Origin: Bacteroidales bacterium
GTDB taxonomy: Bacteria; Bacteroidota; Bacteroidia; Bacteroidales; DTU049
NCBI GenBank assembly: GCA_012520175.1
Contig: JAAYOU010000029.1
Span: 8,867-72,866, forward strand
Direction: 5' to 3'
Length of the DNA: 64,000 bases
The notes under the pieces were generated by a model. The model searched no databases, was not told the DNA's origin, and saw only the letters and a list, made by a program, of their open reading frames with translations. This document shows, one piece after another, positions 55,901 through 64,000 of the stretch; positions within the stretch are counted from its first letter, which is position 1, and each line of letters starts with the position of its first letter. A program made the translations under genes and the position numbers.

Positions 55901-58288
55901 AAAAACAGCTATACTTCGTATCTTTGGTCAACTGGAGAAACAACTGATTCTATAACTGTAAACAAATCTGGCGAATATTGGATAAAAACTGTTGATATTT
56001 TTGGTAAAACATCTTATGATACTATAAATGTTAAATACCAATATAAACCTATACCAGACACCTTTCTCTGTATTGATGATACAATAAATATTCCCTCAGG
56101 ACTTGATAATACATATTCTTTTTTATGGAGTAATGGTGATACAAATAATGTTGCTACAGTTTTCACTCCCGGAAAATGGTGGGTTGATATTACAGACAAA
56201 AGCTCTAATCTTTGTTCAATCAGAGATTCTTTTGTTGTAGCTATAGACTCCTTCCCTGCAAAAGCAACGTTAGGACAAGATACTTCTTTATGTTCAGGAA
56301 ATAGTATTTCTTTAGTTTCAGGAGTTGAACCAGATATTAATTATTTGTGGAGTACAGGCAGCACAGAAAATTCAGCTATTGTATCCTCTGCAGGGAACTA
56401 TTGGGTATCTGCTACGAACAAAAACAATTGTGTTTTAAAAGACACCATTAATGTGTCCATAAAAGGTATTAAACCAACCGTCGCTTTTACAGCAACAACA
56501 TCGTGCCAAAATGAGCAAACATTATTTACAGACATGTCTTTTACACAACTACCTGACAATATTGCAACATGGCAATGGGATTTTGATAATCAGGGCTTTT
56601 CTGTTTTACAAAACCCTAGTTTTAAATTTAATTCTCATGGCGATTATAATGTAAAGCTGGTTGTTTCAAGTGTTAATGGCTGCATTGGCGACACCACAAT
56701 AACTGTCCATGTTCGTTCTTTACCAGAGGTGGATTTTTCACCAATTAACGGATGTAATAACAAAAGTATTGAATTTAAGGATCAGTCTAAAATTGGCGAG
56801 GGTCCTTTGTTTTCATGGCAATGGAGCTTTGGTGACGGGCAAACCTCAAATACTCAAAACCCTACATATACTTATTTAGACACAGGTTTATATACAATAA
56901 AACTAATAGCTCAAGATATTTTTGGCTGTAAAGACTCTCTAGAAAAAAACATAAAAATCAAGCTCAGTCCAAAGACAACATTTGAATTTAAAAATGGCTG
57001 CATTGAACAGCCTATAAACTTTTATGAAACAACCTGCATGCCTGTATGGGCAAAAATAATAAATAGAAAATGGGAGTTTGGTGATGGATCATATTCTTGG
57101 TCAAAAAACCCAACCCATATTTACAATTCCTCTGGCGAATATACTGTAACTCTAAAAAATTACTCCATTAATGGGTGCATGGATTCTATAAGTAAAAATA
57201 TTATAATTCAAAAAACACCAACAGCTAACTTTAGCACAGGCAATACTTGTGAAGGACAATATGTGCAATTTGAAGACCAAAGTTTTGTAGAAAATGGAAG
57301 CATTGTTAAATGGCTTTGGGATTTTGGAAATAAACATACAGACTCTATTTCAAATCCAAAGATAATTTATCCAGACACAGGAACATACAATGTTAAACTT
57401 TCTGTTTTTTCTGAATTTGAATGCAAAAAAACTATTTCAAAAGATATAACTATTCACCCCATTACACCAAACGACTTTTCTTTTACCCCTGAATATGGTA
57501 TTCACCCTCTAAGTGTACAGTTTACAAACCTTAGCGAAGGAAACTTAACTCATCAATGGTTTTTTGGAGACGGAACATCATCTACAGAAACCAATCCATC
57601 TCACACATTCATAAACGAAAACATTTACGATGTATTATTAGTAAGCAAAAACGAGTTTAATTGCGTTGATTCTGCTTTTGGAATAGTTTTTGTTATTCCA
57701 TCTAAACTTGACTTAGTACTGGCAAAAATGAATGTTAAAGATAGCCTCAACAGCATATATATAGATGCTCTTTTTTTCAACAATGGCACACGAAATATTC
57801 GCCAAATAGCTCTTGATGCCAAAATAAACAACGGTTTGCCATTAAGAGAAGTTTGGAATGGGCTTATAAAGCCTGGAGAATATGGCTATTATAAGTTTGT
57901 TTCATCATTTCCAAAAGTGAATGAGAGTTCTATTCGCATGATTTGCTTGACAATTTCCGCTTTAGATGCAATTGGGCAAGAAGATATTGACCTTCAAAAT
58001 AATTCCGCTTGCTACACTCTTTCAGATGATTTCTTTGCAGAACAAGTTATGCCAAATCCTGCAAAAGAAAGCATTTATACTGATATTGCTTTACCAATTT
58101 CAGGAAATATTATTGCTTCAATAATAAGCCTAGAAGGAAAAGAAATTTGGAAAGAAAGCATAGATTCAGAAGCTGGTATTTTGCGTTTAAAAATAGATAT
58201 TTCTTCTTTTACTGATGGAATATACGTATTAAAAATACAATATAAAGACAAAGCTGAATTCTTTAAATTTGTTAAAGTTTCCCATTAA
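52979..58288 (+). CDS. giant T9SS-secreted protein with two LamG-like (concanavalin-A-like lectin) domains and multiple PKD domains
   Basis: Signal peptide MKKLFTIILIILSIIDTVNSQ. Two LamG-type blocks (L.LWLRADS......V..W.D.S.N.......RP.......N..P...F.G...). At least 8 PKD-like units carrying the W.FGDG......NP.H.Y signature. C-terminal sorting domain (VMPNPAKESIYTDI...GIYVLKIQYKDKAEFFKFVKV). Confidence 0.9.
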   Translation: MKKLFTIILIILSIIDTVNSQSLPQENLQLWLRADSVEIIDGKVARWYDLSSNEHVIQQTNPEYRPIQIISELNSQPSIYFNGTNNYFDGGNILNIGYASQTMFVIAKSEKNRGSILSKTLTGPAANRYGLLFSDNISFFFWDNTERRIATDLIMNKFLYLNTIIDKQINKNFFNVNNDLIGEKTIVANHNMTSSYNFLIGASANNTGGLPPYNASYFQGEISEILIFDTVLSPENFNLVENYLFDKYTEKLDLGEDINIDYGFCDTSLTVSDSFTDILWSTGDTSKSIQVNKSGYYSVSAKDIFGRTQYDTVFVKFPSPNISNSNICLGDSILYSPILTGTYFYLWSDLSSEPEKYYSEQGDYWLRIEDNKACVDTVFFSITFDYFKDSIDLGSDTSLCAGNTLKLKKGENLCSSFLWSPSGNTNSSEIVNETGWYKLEVYNENSCYARDSIFVNIIGTAPSINYSVENLCFGDTTVFYDNSSPSPDILSWKWIINENDTIFSQNAEYVFSDIGQQNIQLFIKTSGCDNNLDFSVNIKPKAQISFTALPSCSGIENQFISSVNIPSFTNVSSYSWQMNNIKIGTEVNLSYLFPSVGDYNLNFELVLDNGCVSSYDSIINVQNSYPLPEYFSAIFPKNNYLLSSDSQKIDFTWNFPPDAKFFKLQFSDTQNFSNILYETENIFNNTYSYDLSLLPIDSIFWRIQAYNFCEDFATSNTYLIYKFSPTNLSNLALWLRADSVEIIDGKVVRWYDLSSNEHIIQQTNPEYRPIKIISELNSQPSVYFNGTNNYFDGGNILNIGYASQTMFVIAKSEKNRGSILSKTLTGPTANRYGLLFSDNISFFFWDNTERRIATDLIMNKFLYLNTIVDKQINKIFFNVNNDYIGEKIIAANYDMTSTYNFLIGASANNTGGLPPYNTSYFQGEISEILIFDTVLSSKDFTLVENYLLSKYIPPVNLGADINIPYGLCPQTLKTKNSYTSYLWSTGETTDSITVNKSGEYWIKTVDIFGKTSYDTINVKYQYKPIPDTFLCIDDTINIPSGLDNTYSFLWSNGDTNNVATVFTPGKWWVDITDKSSNLCSIRDSFVVAIDSFPAKATLGQDTSLCSGNSISLVSGVEPDINYLWSTGSTENSAIVSSAGNYWVSATNKNNCVLKDTINVSIKGIKPTVAFTATTSCQNEQTLFTDMSFTQLPDNIATWQWDFDNQGFSVLQNPSFKFNSHGDYNVKLVVSSVNGCIGDTTITVHVRSLPEVDFSPINGCNNKSIEFKDQSKIGEGPLFSWQWSFGDGQTSNTQNPTYTYLDTGLYTIKLIAQDIFGCKDSLEKNIKIKLSPKTTFEFKNGCIEQPINFYETTCMPVWAKIINRKWEFGDGSYSWSKNPTHIYNSSGEYTVTLKNYSINGCMDSISKNIIIQKTPTANFSTGNTCEGQYVQFEDQSFVENGSIVKWLWDFGNKHTDSISNPKIIYPDTGTYNVKLSVFSEFECKKTISKDITIHPITPNDFSFTPEYGIHPLSVQFTNLSEGNLTHQWFFGDGTSSTETNPSHTFINENIYDVLLVSKNEFNCVDSAFGIVFVIPSKLDLVLAKMNVKDSLNSIYIDALFFNNGTRNIRQIALDAKINNGLPLREVWNGLIKPGEYGYYKFVSSFPKVNESSIRMICLTISALDAIGQEDIDLQNNSACYTLSDDFFAEQVMPNPAKESIYTDIALPISGNIIASIISLEGKEIWKESIDSEAGILRLKIDISSFTDGIYVLKIQYKDKAEFFKFVKVSH

Positions 58289-58316
58289 TAAAATTAAGTC
58301 CTAAAAAACTTTTTAT

Positions 58317-58823
58317 ATGAAAAATCTAAAAAAAGCACCAAAAATTTCTTTTCCTGTAATCATTTTGTTTTTTTTATTACCCTTTGTAACTGTTAAATGT
58401 GGCGATTATAAAATTGCAAGACTTAACGGAATAGATTTGGTTACTGGAACTCAGATTACACCTCAAAATTCAGGTGAAGATCCTGTAAAAGTTGACCCAA
58501 ATATTTTTGTAATTGCTGCACTATCATTAGCTGTTATAGGCGGAATATTAGCGTTTTTAAAATTCAAATTAAAAAACATTATTCTACTTGTTATTTGCAT
58601 TTTAGGTGTTGCAGCTCTAATTGCTTTTTATTTCAACGCTAAAGATTCTGAAGCCGGGCAAGGAACATTTGTTATAATTATCTCAATGGGAGTTGGATAT
58701 TACCTGACTTTGCTGGGATTTTTATTTAATTCTTTTGTTTTTGGCTATGAATTAGCAAATAAAGAAAACTCGGAAATTCAAAAAACTACTGATAACGCTG
58801 CTGGAAACGAAACAAATATTTAA
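58317..58823 (+). CDS. small membrane protein, unknown function
   Basis: 168 aa, with an N-terminal hydrophobic segment plus 3 further TM segments. 28 nt downstream of the giant gene. Confidence 0.6.
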   Translation: MKNLKKAPKISFPVIILFFLLPFVTVKCGDYKIARLNGIDLVTGTQITPQNSGEDPVKVDPNIFVIAALSLAVIGGILAFLKFKLKNIILLVICILGVAALIAFYFNAKDSEAGQGTFVIIISMGVGYYLTLLGFLFNSFVFGYELANKENSEIQKTTDNAAGNETNI

Positions 58824-59005
58824 ATCATTGGGGATGTTTATTTTTTCTTCCAATTTTTTACAATATCCATGACATAATCTTCGTCAGTAGTACCTCTAAC
58901 AGCTGAATGCCAAGCATGAATATATAATTTCTCTTTTATATCATAATAATGATTATTATATTCTGTTATTTGTTTTTCTGCATTTTCTAAACCATAAAAG
59001 TCATA

Positions 59006-59812
59006 TTAAGGTAGTGTCCAAAAAAGTGTGTAATTTTTCTTTTCTTTACTAGGGAAAACAGCCTGTATATTCCTTTTTAAATGAACAACGTAGAATTGAT
59101 GTTTGCTGTTTGGAAAGACACGTTTAACTGCATCTTCAATGCCTGCAAGAGCGTCCGATACAAATAAACCTACACTCTCAACGCCGCGTTCTTTAAGATT
59201 ACACAATTCTTCTTCCCATTGCAAAGAGCCTTCTGTGGGATGATTTACAACTGATAATACTTCTCGTGTTCCGTCTTCTTTAACACCAAGAAGTGTGTAG
59301 TAACCCTCTTTGCTGACACTATCTTCTCTACGTGTATGAACAAAGGTTGCATCAAAGAAAACAACTAAATAATGACTTTCCAAACGGCGAGATAACCATG
59401 TGTGAACATGGGCTTTGCTTGCTTTCATTAAATAGCTGATTTGTTGCTTACTGTAATCTTTGCCATATAAATCATTAAATACATCGCCGATTTGTTCGGT
59501 AGTCAAACCCTTTGAATACAAGCTAAATATCAATTTGCGACGCTCTTCATCTTCATTGCGGATTATAGCAAGAAGCGTCGGATAAAACAAACCACTGCGA
59601 GTGTGAGGAACCTTTAAAACTAGTTCTTTTGAATGTCCCATAGCTTTACAGTAACGATAACCATTACCGTATTCTTTTGGGTTTTCTCGCTGATGCAGAT
59701 CTCGTTCTGCTTTCATAAATACATCCAAGGTTAAATTTAATAACAAATGAGTTCCTCCCTCTTTTGCTAATTCAACTAAAATTTCCGAAATTTGTTCTTG
59801 TGTAAAGTTCAT
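59006..59812 (-). pseudogene. truncated IS256-family (mutator-type) transposase, C-terminal third missing
   Basis: The 268 aa ORF carries YGNGYR, R.RSGLFYP.LL, LYSKGLTTEQIGD, FFDATFV and VSDALAGIEDAV..VFP....Q.YVVHLKRN. The ORF reads into the terminal repeat (..TLFWTLP*), so the region normally carrying the catalytic E is absent. Confidence 0.75.
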
Positions 59813-59886
59813 TTTTGAAAAATTTTTTTGTTTAGAATTTAAATATAATCAAATTTGACTTTACACACTTCTTTAGGACAGTATCC
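59010..59886 (-). mobile_element. internally deleted IS256-family element with both terminal inverted repeats (877 bp)
   Basis: ggtagtgtccaaaaaagtgtgtaa (59010-59033) compared with the reverse complement of 59861-59886, ggatactgtcctaaagaagtgtgtaa. About 22 positions match, with two 1-nt indels. The element encloses a truncated Transposase_mut ORF. Confidence 0.75.
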
Positions 59887-59900
59887 TTTTTATTACATAT

Positions 59901-59942
59901 TTAGTCAGTCCTTAAAAAATGCCTTTTTTAAGGACTGACTAA
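59901..59942 (-). terminator. strong hairpin downstream of the giant repeat-protein gene
   Basis: ttagtcagtcctt (59901-59913) / aaggactgactaa (59930-59942), a perfect 13-bp stem with a 16-nt A/T loop. It lies 22 nt after the stop at 59964. Confidence 0.55.
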
Positions 59943-59963
59943 ATAATAATGTAATATTAAAAC

Positions 59964-62900
59964 CTATTTTTCAATAATTACTTTATAAGTAAATGTTTTT
60001 TCCTCATTTATAAATCTAATATTATAAATACCTGGCTCAACATTACTTATGTCTAAACTAACAACACTTCCATGTTTCATTTCAGACAAATCTTCTGTTT
60101 TTATTAATTTGCCTATAACATCATAAACTTCAACATATAAGTTTCCTTTTTTATTTCCTAATATTTCAATATTTACAATACCATTTGAAGGATTTGGATA
60201 TACAGAAATACTTGATCCTTCAAATTCCATAATAGATGATTCTACATCAATAAGTATTGAAATTTCACTTTGACACATTTCATTATAAGCAATCAATGAT
60301 ACATCATATATTCTATTATCAGTATAAACATGAACAGGATTTTCTTCTGTTGAAGTTGTTCCATCTCCAAATGACCATTGATATGAAGTAGCATTTAAAG
60401 AAGTATTTGTAAAGGAAACTGTTAAACCATTCACATCATATGCAAATGACGCTGTTGGAATAGCAAGAACATTGATTGCTGTTGAAGTAGAGTATTCTAC
60501 ATTGCATTCTCCACTTTGAACAACAGCTCTATATTCCCATGTTGCTGCTAAACCCACAACAGCTAAGTCTGCAATCTCAGAGAATGATTCAAAACCTGCA
60601 GATCCTGGTATATTTATCCATGCCCCACCATTAATTCTGCGTTGCCATGTTAAAACATCTCCAACATTACCACTTAACATAATCATGCCTGTAGATTCTC
60701 CTTGGCAAATTTCTGTTTGCACACTGCTCATTGAGCCTCCTACTGTTACTGGAGAAATTGAAACACTTACAATATCTGAAGAAACAGGACTATTTACAAC
60801 GCAAGTAGCATTAGATGTTAAAATACATTTTACTTCATCCCCATTATTAAGTGTACTTGAAGTAAAAGTACTTGTGCTAATTCCAACATCCACATTATTT
60901 ATAAGCCATTGATATGTTGGATTTGTACCTCCATTTGTAATATTAGTGTTGAAAGATATTGGTGTTCCTTCACAAACAGATGTAGATGGAGAAGCTATAA
61001 CCTCAATACCTGCTTTAATAGATTCTATTACACTCATGGTTATACTTTCTGTCGCTGGATTATTAGTTGCACAAACAAGATCTGATGTTACAGAACAAGC
61101 AACAACATCACCATTTAACAATGCATCTGTGCTAAATTCATTGCTGTTTGTACCAACATTATTTCCATTTACTGTCCATTGATATACAGGATTTGCTCCT
61201 CCATTAGTTGGTGTTGCAATAAAGTTTACTAATGTTCCTGAACAAATAGTAGTTTCACTTGCAACAACATTTAAACTTACAGCATGGCTTTCTATAACAG
61301 ACATTGTTACTGAATTACTTGCTACAGCATTACTTGTTACACAAGTCACACTTGATGTAAGAATACAAGACACAACATCGCCATCTGATAATGAAGTACT
61401 AGTATATGTAGCACTGTTTGATCCTACATTAGTTCCATTTAATTTCCATTGATAGGTTGGGGTAGTACCGCCATTGATAGGTGTTGCAACAAAGGTTACT
61501 AAAGTTCCTGAACAAATAGAGGTTTCACTGGCAACAATACTTATACTTGGTGTTACATTGGCTATAACAGACATCGTTACTGGGTCACTTGTTGCAGTAC
61601 TGCTTATTACACAAGTTAAACTTGATGTGAGAACACATGTTACAACATCGCCATTTGATAATGATGCATTAGTATATGTAGCACTATCTGTTCCTACATC
61701 TGAGCCATTAAGCTTCCATTGATAAGAAGGCGCTATTCCTCCATTAGTTGGGGTTGCAGTAAAGGTCACAGATTCGCCTTCACAAACTGTTGTACCTGTA
61801 TTTGCAGATATACTTACAGATACTGGTAGATTTGAACCTACGGTCATTGATAAGCTATTCGATGTAGCTGGATTACCTGTTGCACAAACCGCATTCGATG
61901 TAAGAATACATGTTACAACATCGCCATTTGATAATGATGCATTAGTATATGTAGCACTATTTGTTCCTACATTAAATCCATTGAGCTTCCATTGATAAGA
62001 TGGTGTTGTACCACCATTGGTTGGTATCGCAGTAAAGGTTGCAGATTCGCCTTCACAAACTGTTGTGCCTGTATTTGCAGATATGCTTACAGAAACTGGT
62101 AAATTTGGATTTACAGTCATTAACAAGCTATTCGATGTTGCTGGACTTTCTGCTGCACAGGTTGCACTTGAAGTAAGAACACAAGTTACTGCATCACCAT
62201 TCAATAAAGATGTACTAGTATATGTAGAACTATTCGTGCCTACATCCGATCCATTAACCTGCCATTGATAGGTAGGAGCAGTACCACCATTGGTTGGAGT
62301 TGCGGTAAAAGTTACAGATTCGCCTTCACAAATTGTAGTGCCCGGATTTGCTGAGATACTTACTGATACTGGTAAATTCGGATTTACAGTCATTGTTAAG
62401 ATATTAGATGTTGCTGGACTGCCTGTTGCACAGGTTGCACTTGAAGTAAGAACACAAGTTACTACATCTCCATCTGCTAATGATGCATTGGTATATGTGG
62501 AACTATTGCTGCCTACAGCTGATCCATTAAGCTTCCATTGATATGTTGGGGCTGTTCCTCCATTAATTGGAGTTGCTGTAAAGATTACAGATTCGCCTTC
62601 ACAAATTGTAGTGCCAGGATTTGCTGAGATGCTTACTGATACTGGTAAATTTGGATTTACAGTCATTGTTAAGATATTAGATGTTGCTGGACTACCTGTT
62701 GCACAAGTTGCATTGGAGGTAAGAACACAAGTTATAGTATCTCCGTCCGATAACGATGCATTAGTATATGTAGTATTGTTGGTACCAACATCGGTTCCAT
62801 TAAGTTTCCATTGATAAAAAGGTGTTGTGCCTCCATTGGTTGGTATTGCGGTAAAAGTTACAGATTCGCCTTCACAAATGGTGGTCCCCGGATTTGCTGA

Positions 62901-64000
62901 AATACTTACAGAAGCTGGTAAATTCGGATTTACAGTCATTGTTAAGATATTAGATGTTGCTGGACTTCCTGTTGCACAGGTTGCACTTGAAGTAAGAACA
63001 CAAGTTACTATATCTCCATCTGCTAATGATGCATTGGTATATGTGGAGCTATTACTACCTACAGCTGATCCATTAAGATGCCATTGATATGTTGGTGCTG
63101 TTCCTCCATTAGTTGGAATTGCGGTAAAGATTACAGATTCACCATCACAAATTGTAGTGCCCGGATTTGCCGAGATGCTTACTGATACTGGTAAATTTGG
63201 ATTTACAGTCATTGTTAAGATATTAGATGTAGCTGGACTACCGGTTGCACAAACTGCATTTGAGGTAAGAATACAAGTTACTGTATCTCCGTCTGATAAT
63301 GATGCATTAGTATATGTAGCATTGTTGCTGCCTACAGCTAATCCATTAAGCTGCCATTGATATGTCGGGGCTGTACCACCATTGGTTGGGATTGCGGTAA
63401 AGGTTACAGATTCACCTTCACAAATTGTAGTGCCCGGATTTGCCGAGATGCTTACAGAAACTGGTAAGTTTGGATTTACGGTCATTGTTAAGATATTAGA
63501 TGTAGCTAAACTATCCGTTACACAAACCGCATTTGATGTAAGAACACAGATTACTGTATCTCCATCTGATAATGAAGCATTTGTATATGTGGCAATATTG
63601 CTGCCTACATCTAATCCATTAAGCTGCCATTGATATGTCGGGGCTGTTCCTCCATTTATTGGTGTTGCTGTAAAGATTACAGATTCGCCTTCACAAATGG
63701 TGGTACCCGGATTTGCTGAAATACTTACAGAAGCTGGTAAATTCGGATTTACAGTCATTGTTAAGATATTAGAAGTAGCTGGACTACCGGTTGCACAAGT
63801 TGCATTGGAGGTGAGAACACAAGTTACTGTATCTCCGTCTGATAATGATGCATTTGTATATGTAGTATTGTTGGTACCAACATCAGTTCCATTAAGTTTC
63901 CACTGATAAGAAGGTGTTGTACCTCCATTGGTTGGTATTGCGGTAAAGGTTACAGATTCGCCTTCACAAATGGTGGTACCCGGATTTGCTGAAATACTTA
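59964..64000 (-). CDS. giant T9SS-secreted adhesin-like protein with tandem 91-aa Ig-like repeats, a PKD domain and a C-terminal sorting domain (5' end outside the window)
   Basis: At least 11 in-frame units of ..TVNPNLPVSVSISANPGTTICEGESVTFTA.PTNGGTAPTYQW.LNG..VG.....YTNASL.DGD.VTC.LTS.A.CATGSPATSN. Then a PKD unit (YQWSFGDGTTSTEENPVHVY) and the CTD (VYPNPSNGIVNIE...GIYNIRFINEEKTFTYKVIIEK). The repeat sequence continues to nt 64000, so the Met at 63758 is not the true start. Confidence 0.9.
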   Translation of the reverse strand, partial: SISANPGTTICEGESVTFTAIPTNGGTTPSYQWKLNGTDVGTNNTTYTNASLSDGDTVTCVLTSNATCATGSPATSNILTMTVNPNLPASVSISANPGTTICEGESVIFTATPINGGTAPTYQWQLNGLDVGSNIATYTNASLSDGDTVICVLTSNAVCVTDSLATSNILTMTVNPNLPVSVSISANPGTTICEGESVTFTAIPTNGGTAPTYQWQLNGLAVGSNNATYTNASLSDGDTVTCILTSNAVCATGSPATSNILTMTVNPNLPVSVSISANPGTTICDGESVIFTAIPTNGGTAPTYQWHLNGSAVGSNSSTYTNASLADGDIVTCVLTSSATCATGSPATSNILTMTVNPNLPASVSISANPGTTICEGESVTFTAIPTNGGTTPFYQWKLNGTDVGTNNTTYTNASLSDGDTITCVLTSNATCATGSPATSNILTMTVNPNLPVSVSISANPGTTICEGESVIFTATPINGGTAPTYQWKLNGSAVGSNSSTYTNASLADGDVVTCVLTSSATCATGSPATSNILTMTVNPNLPVSVSISANPGTTICEGESVTFTATPTNGGTAPTYQWQVNGSDVGTNSSTYTSTSLLNGDAVTCVLTSSATCAAESPATSNSLLMTVNPNLPVSVSISANTGTTVCEGESATFTAIPTNGGTTPSYQWKLNGFNVGTNSATYTNASLSNGDVVTCILTSNAVCATGNPATSNSLSMTVGSNLPVSVSISANTGTTVCEGESVTFTATPTNGGIAPSYQWKLNGSDVGTDSATYTNASLSNGDVVTCVLTSSLTCVISSTATSDPVTMSVIANVTPSISIVASETSICSGTLVTFVATPINGGTTPTYQWKLNGTNVGSNSATYTSTSLSDGDVVSCILTSSVTCVTSNAVASNSVTMSVIESHAVSLNVVASETTICSGTLVNFIATPTNGGANPVYQWTVNGNNVGTNSNEFSTDALLNGDVVACSVTSDLVCATNNPATESITMSVIESIKAGIEVIASPSTSVCEGTPISFNTNITNGGTNPTYQWLINNVDVGISTSTFTSSTLNNGDEVKCILTSNATCVVNSPVSSDIVSVSISPVTVGGSMSSVQTEICQGESTGMIMLSGNVGDVLTWQRRINGGAWINIPGSAGFESFSEIADLAVVGLAATWEYRAVVQSGECNVEYSTSTAINVLAIPTASFAYDVNGLTVSFTNTSLNATSYQWSFGDGTTSTEENPVHVYTDNRIYDVSLIAYNEMCQSEISILIDVESSIMEFEGSSISVYPNPSNGIVNIEILGNKKGNLYVEVYDVIGKLIKTEDLSEMKHGSVVSLDISNVEPGIYNIRFINEEKTFTYKVIIEK
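60755..64000 (-). repeat. 273-bp tandem coding repeat array (at least 12 units)
   Basis: The unit-start codons (ATG of ..LTMTVNP..) recur every 273 nt at 63758, 63485, 63212, 62939, 62666, 62393, 62120 and 61847. The distal units (61847-64000) are nearly identical at the DNA level by eye, and the proximal three are diverged. Confidence 0.9.

Noticed and set aside
58838-59005. An open 55-codon minus-strand frame (YDFYGLENAEKQITEYNNHYYDIKEKLYIHAWHSAVRGTTDEDYVMDIVKNWKKK) directly abutting the IS256 terminal repeat. It might be the C-terminal stump of a gene disrupted by the insertion, and the ending is vaguely RelE/ParE-toxin-like.
   Set aside because: - There is no start codon.
- No matching N-terminal half lies on the other side of the element, where the terminator of the giant gene sits instead.
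- I cannot assign a family with confidence.
- It is recorded only as a possible remnant.
60685-63906. A periodic series of 67-86 aa plus-strand ORFs (MVGIAVKVTDSPSQ... and similar) recurring every 273 nt.
   Set aside because: They are antisense frames of the tandem coding repeats of the minus-strand giant gene. Their periodicity simply mirrors the repeat, and they have no independent start or promoter signals.
1-64000. Visual search for rRNA, tRNA, tmRNA, RNase P, known riboswitches (for example cobalamin upstream of the TonB receptor, glmS ribozyme) and defence-system genes.
   Set aside because: - I could not recognise any cloverleaf-compatible sequence or conserved RNA core motif in the intergenic gaps.
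- glmS is preceded by only 12 nt.
- No nuclease, helicase, methylase or cas-like proteins are present.
- A covariance-model scan (Infernal/Rfam, tRNAscan-SE) would be needed to be definitive.

Overview
This is a 64 kb chromosomal segment, AT-rich by eye, from a member of the Bacteroidota. The assignment rests on gldB, four proteins with T9SS C-terminal sorting domains, Bacteroidota-typical families (assigned from recalled family features and gene neighbourhood) and TAnnTTTG promoter boxes. I call about 50 protein genes and found no rRNA, tRNA or CRISPR array by eye.

Layout:
- 1-13.6 kb: housekeeping genes (gldB, rluD, a PASTA protein, a C-N hydrolase, gpsA, an M49-like peptidase) around a 1102 aa modular T9SS adhesin.
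- 13.7-21.1 kb: a translationally coupled six-gene operon. It combines a DltA-like adenylating enzyme, a GNAT, a DltC-like carrier protein, two SGNH proteins (one with 3 LysM domains) and a DltB/PatA-like MBOAT. This is my best candidate for an undescribed envelope-esterification system.
- 21-36.6 kb: housekeeping genes (glmS, glyQS, an S41 protease, a TonB receptor, PPK2, nadC, rlmH).
- 36.6-52.9 kb: a surface-polysaccharide locus.
- 53-64 kb: two giant T9SS repeat proteins flanking a deleted IS256-family element.

Non-genic signals:
- A dispersed mosaic intergenic repeat family with a 21-nt core, 11 copies, all in one orientation. One copy forms a long hairpin directly after a stop codon.
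- A decayed IS110-like remnant abutting one repeat copy, with a structured upstream region.
- Near-identical internal duplications in the large surface proteins.

All family calls come from motifs I recognise in the translations. Identity estimates are by eye, and no database search was possible.
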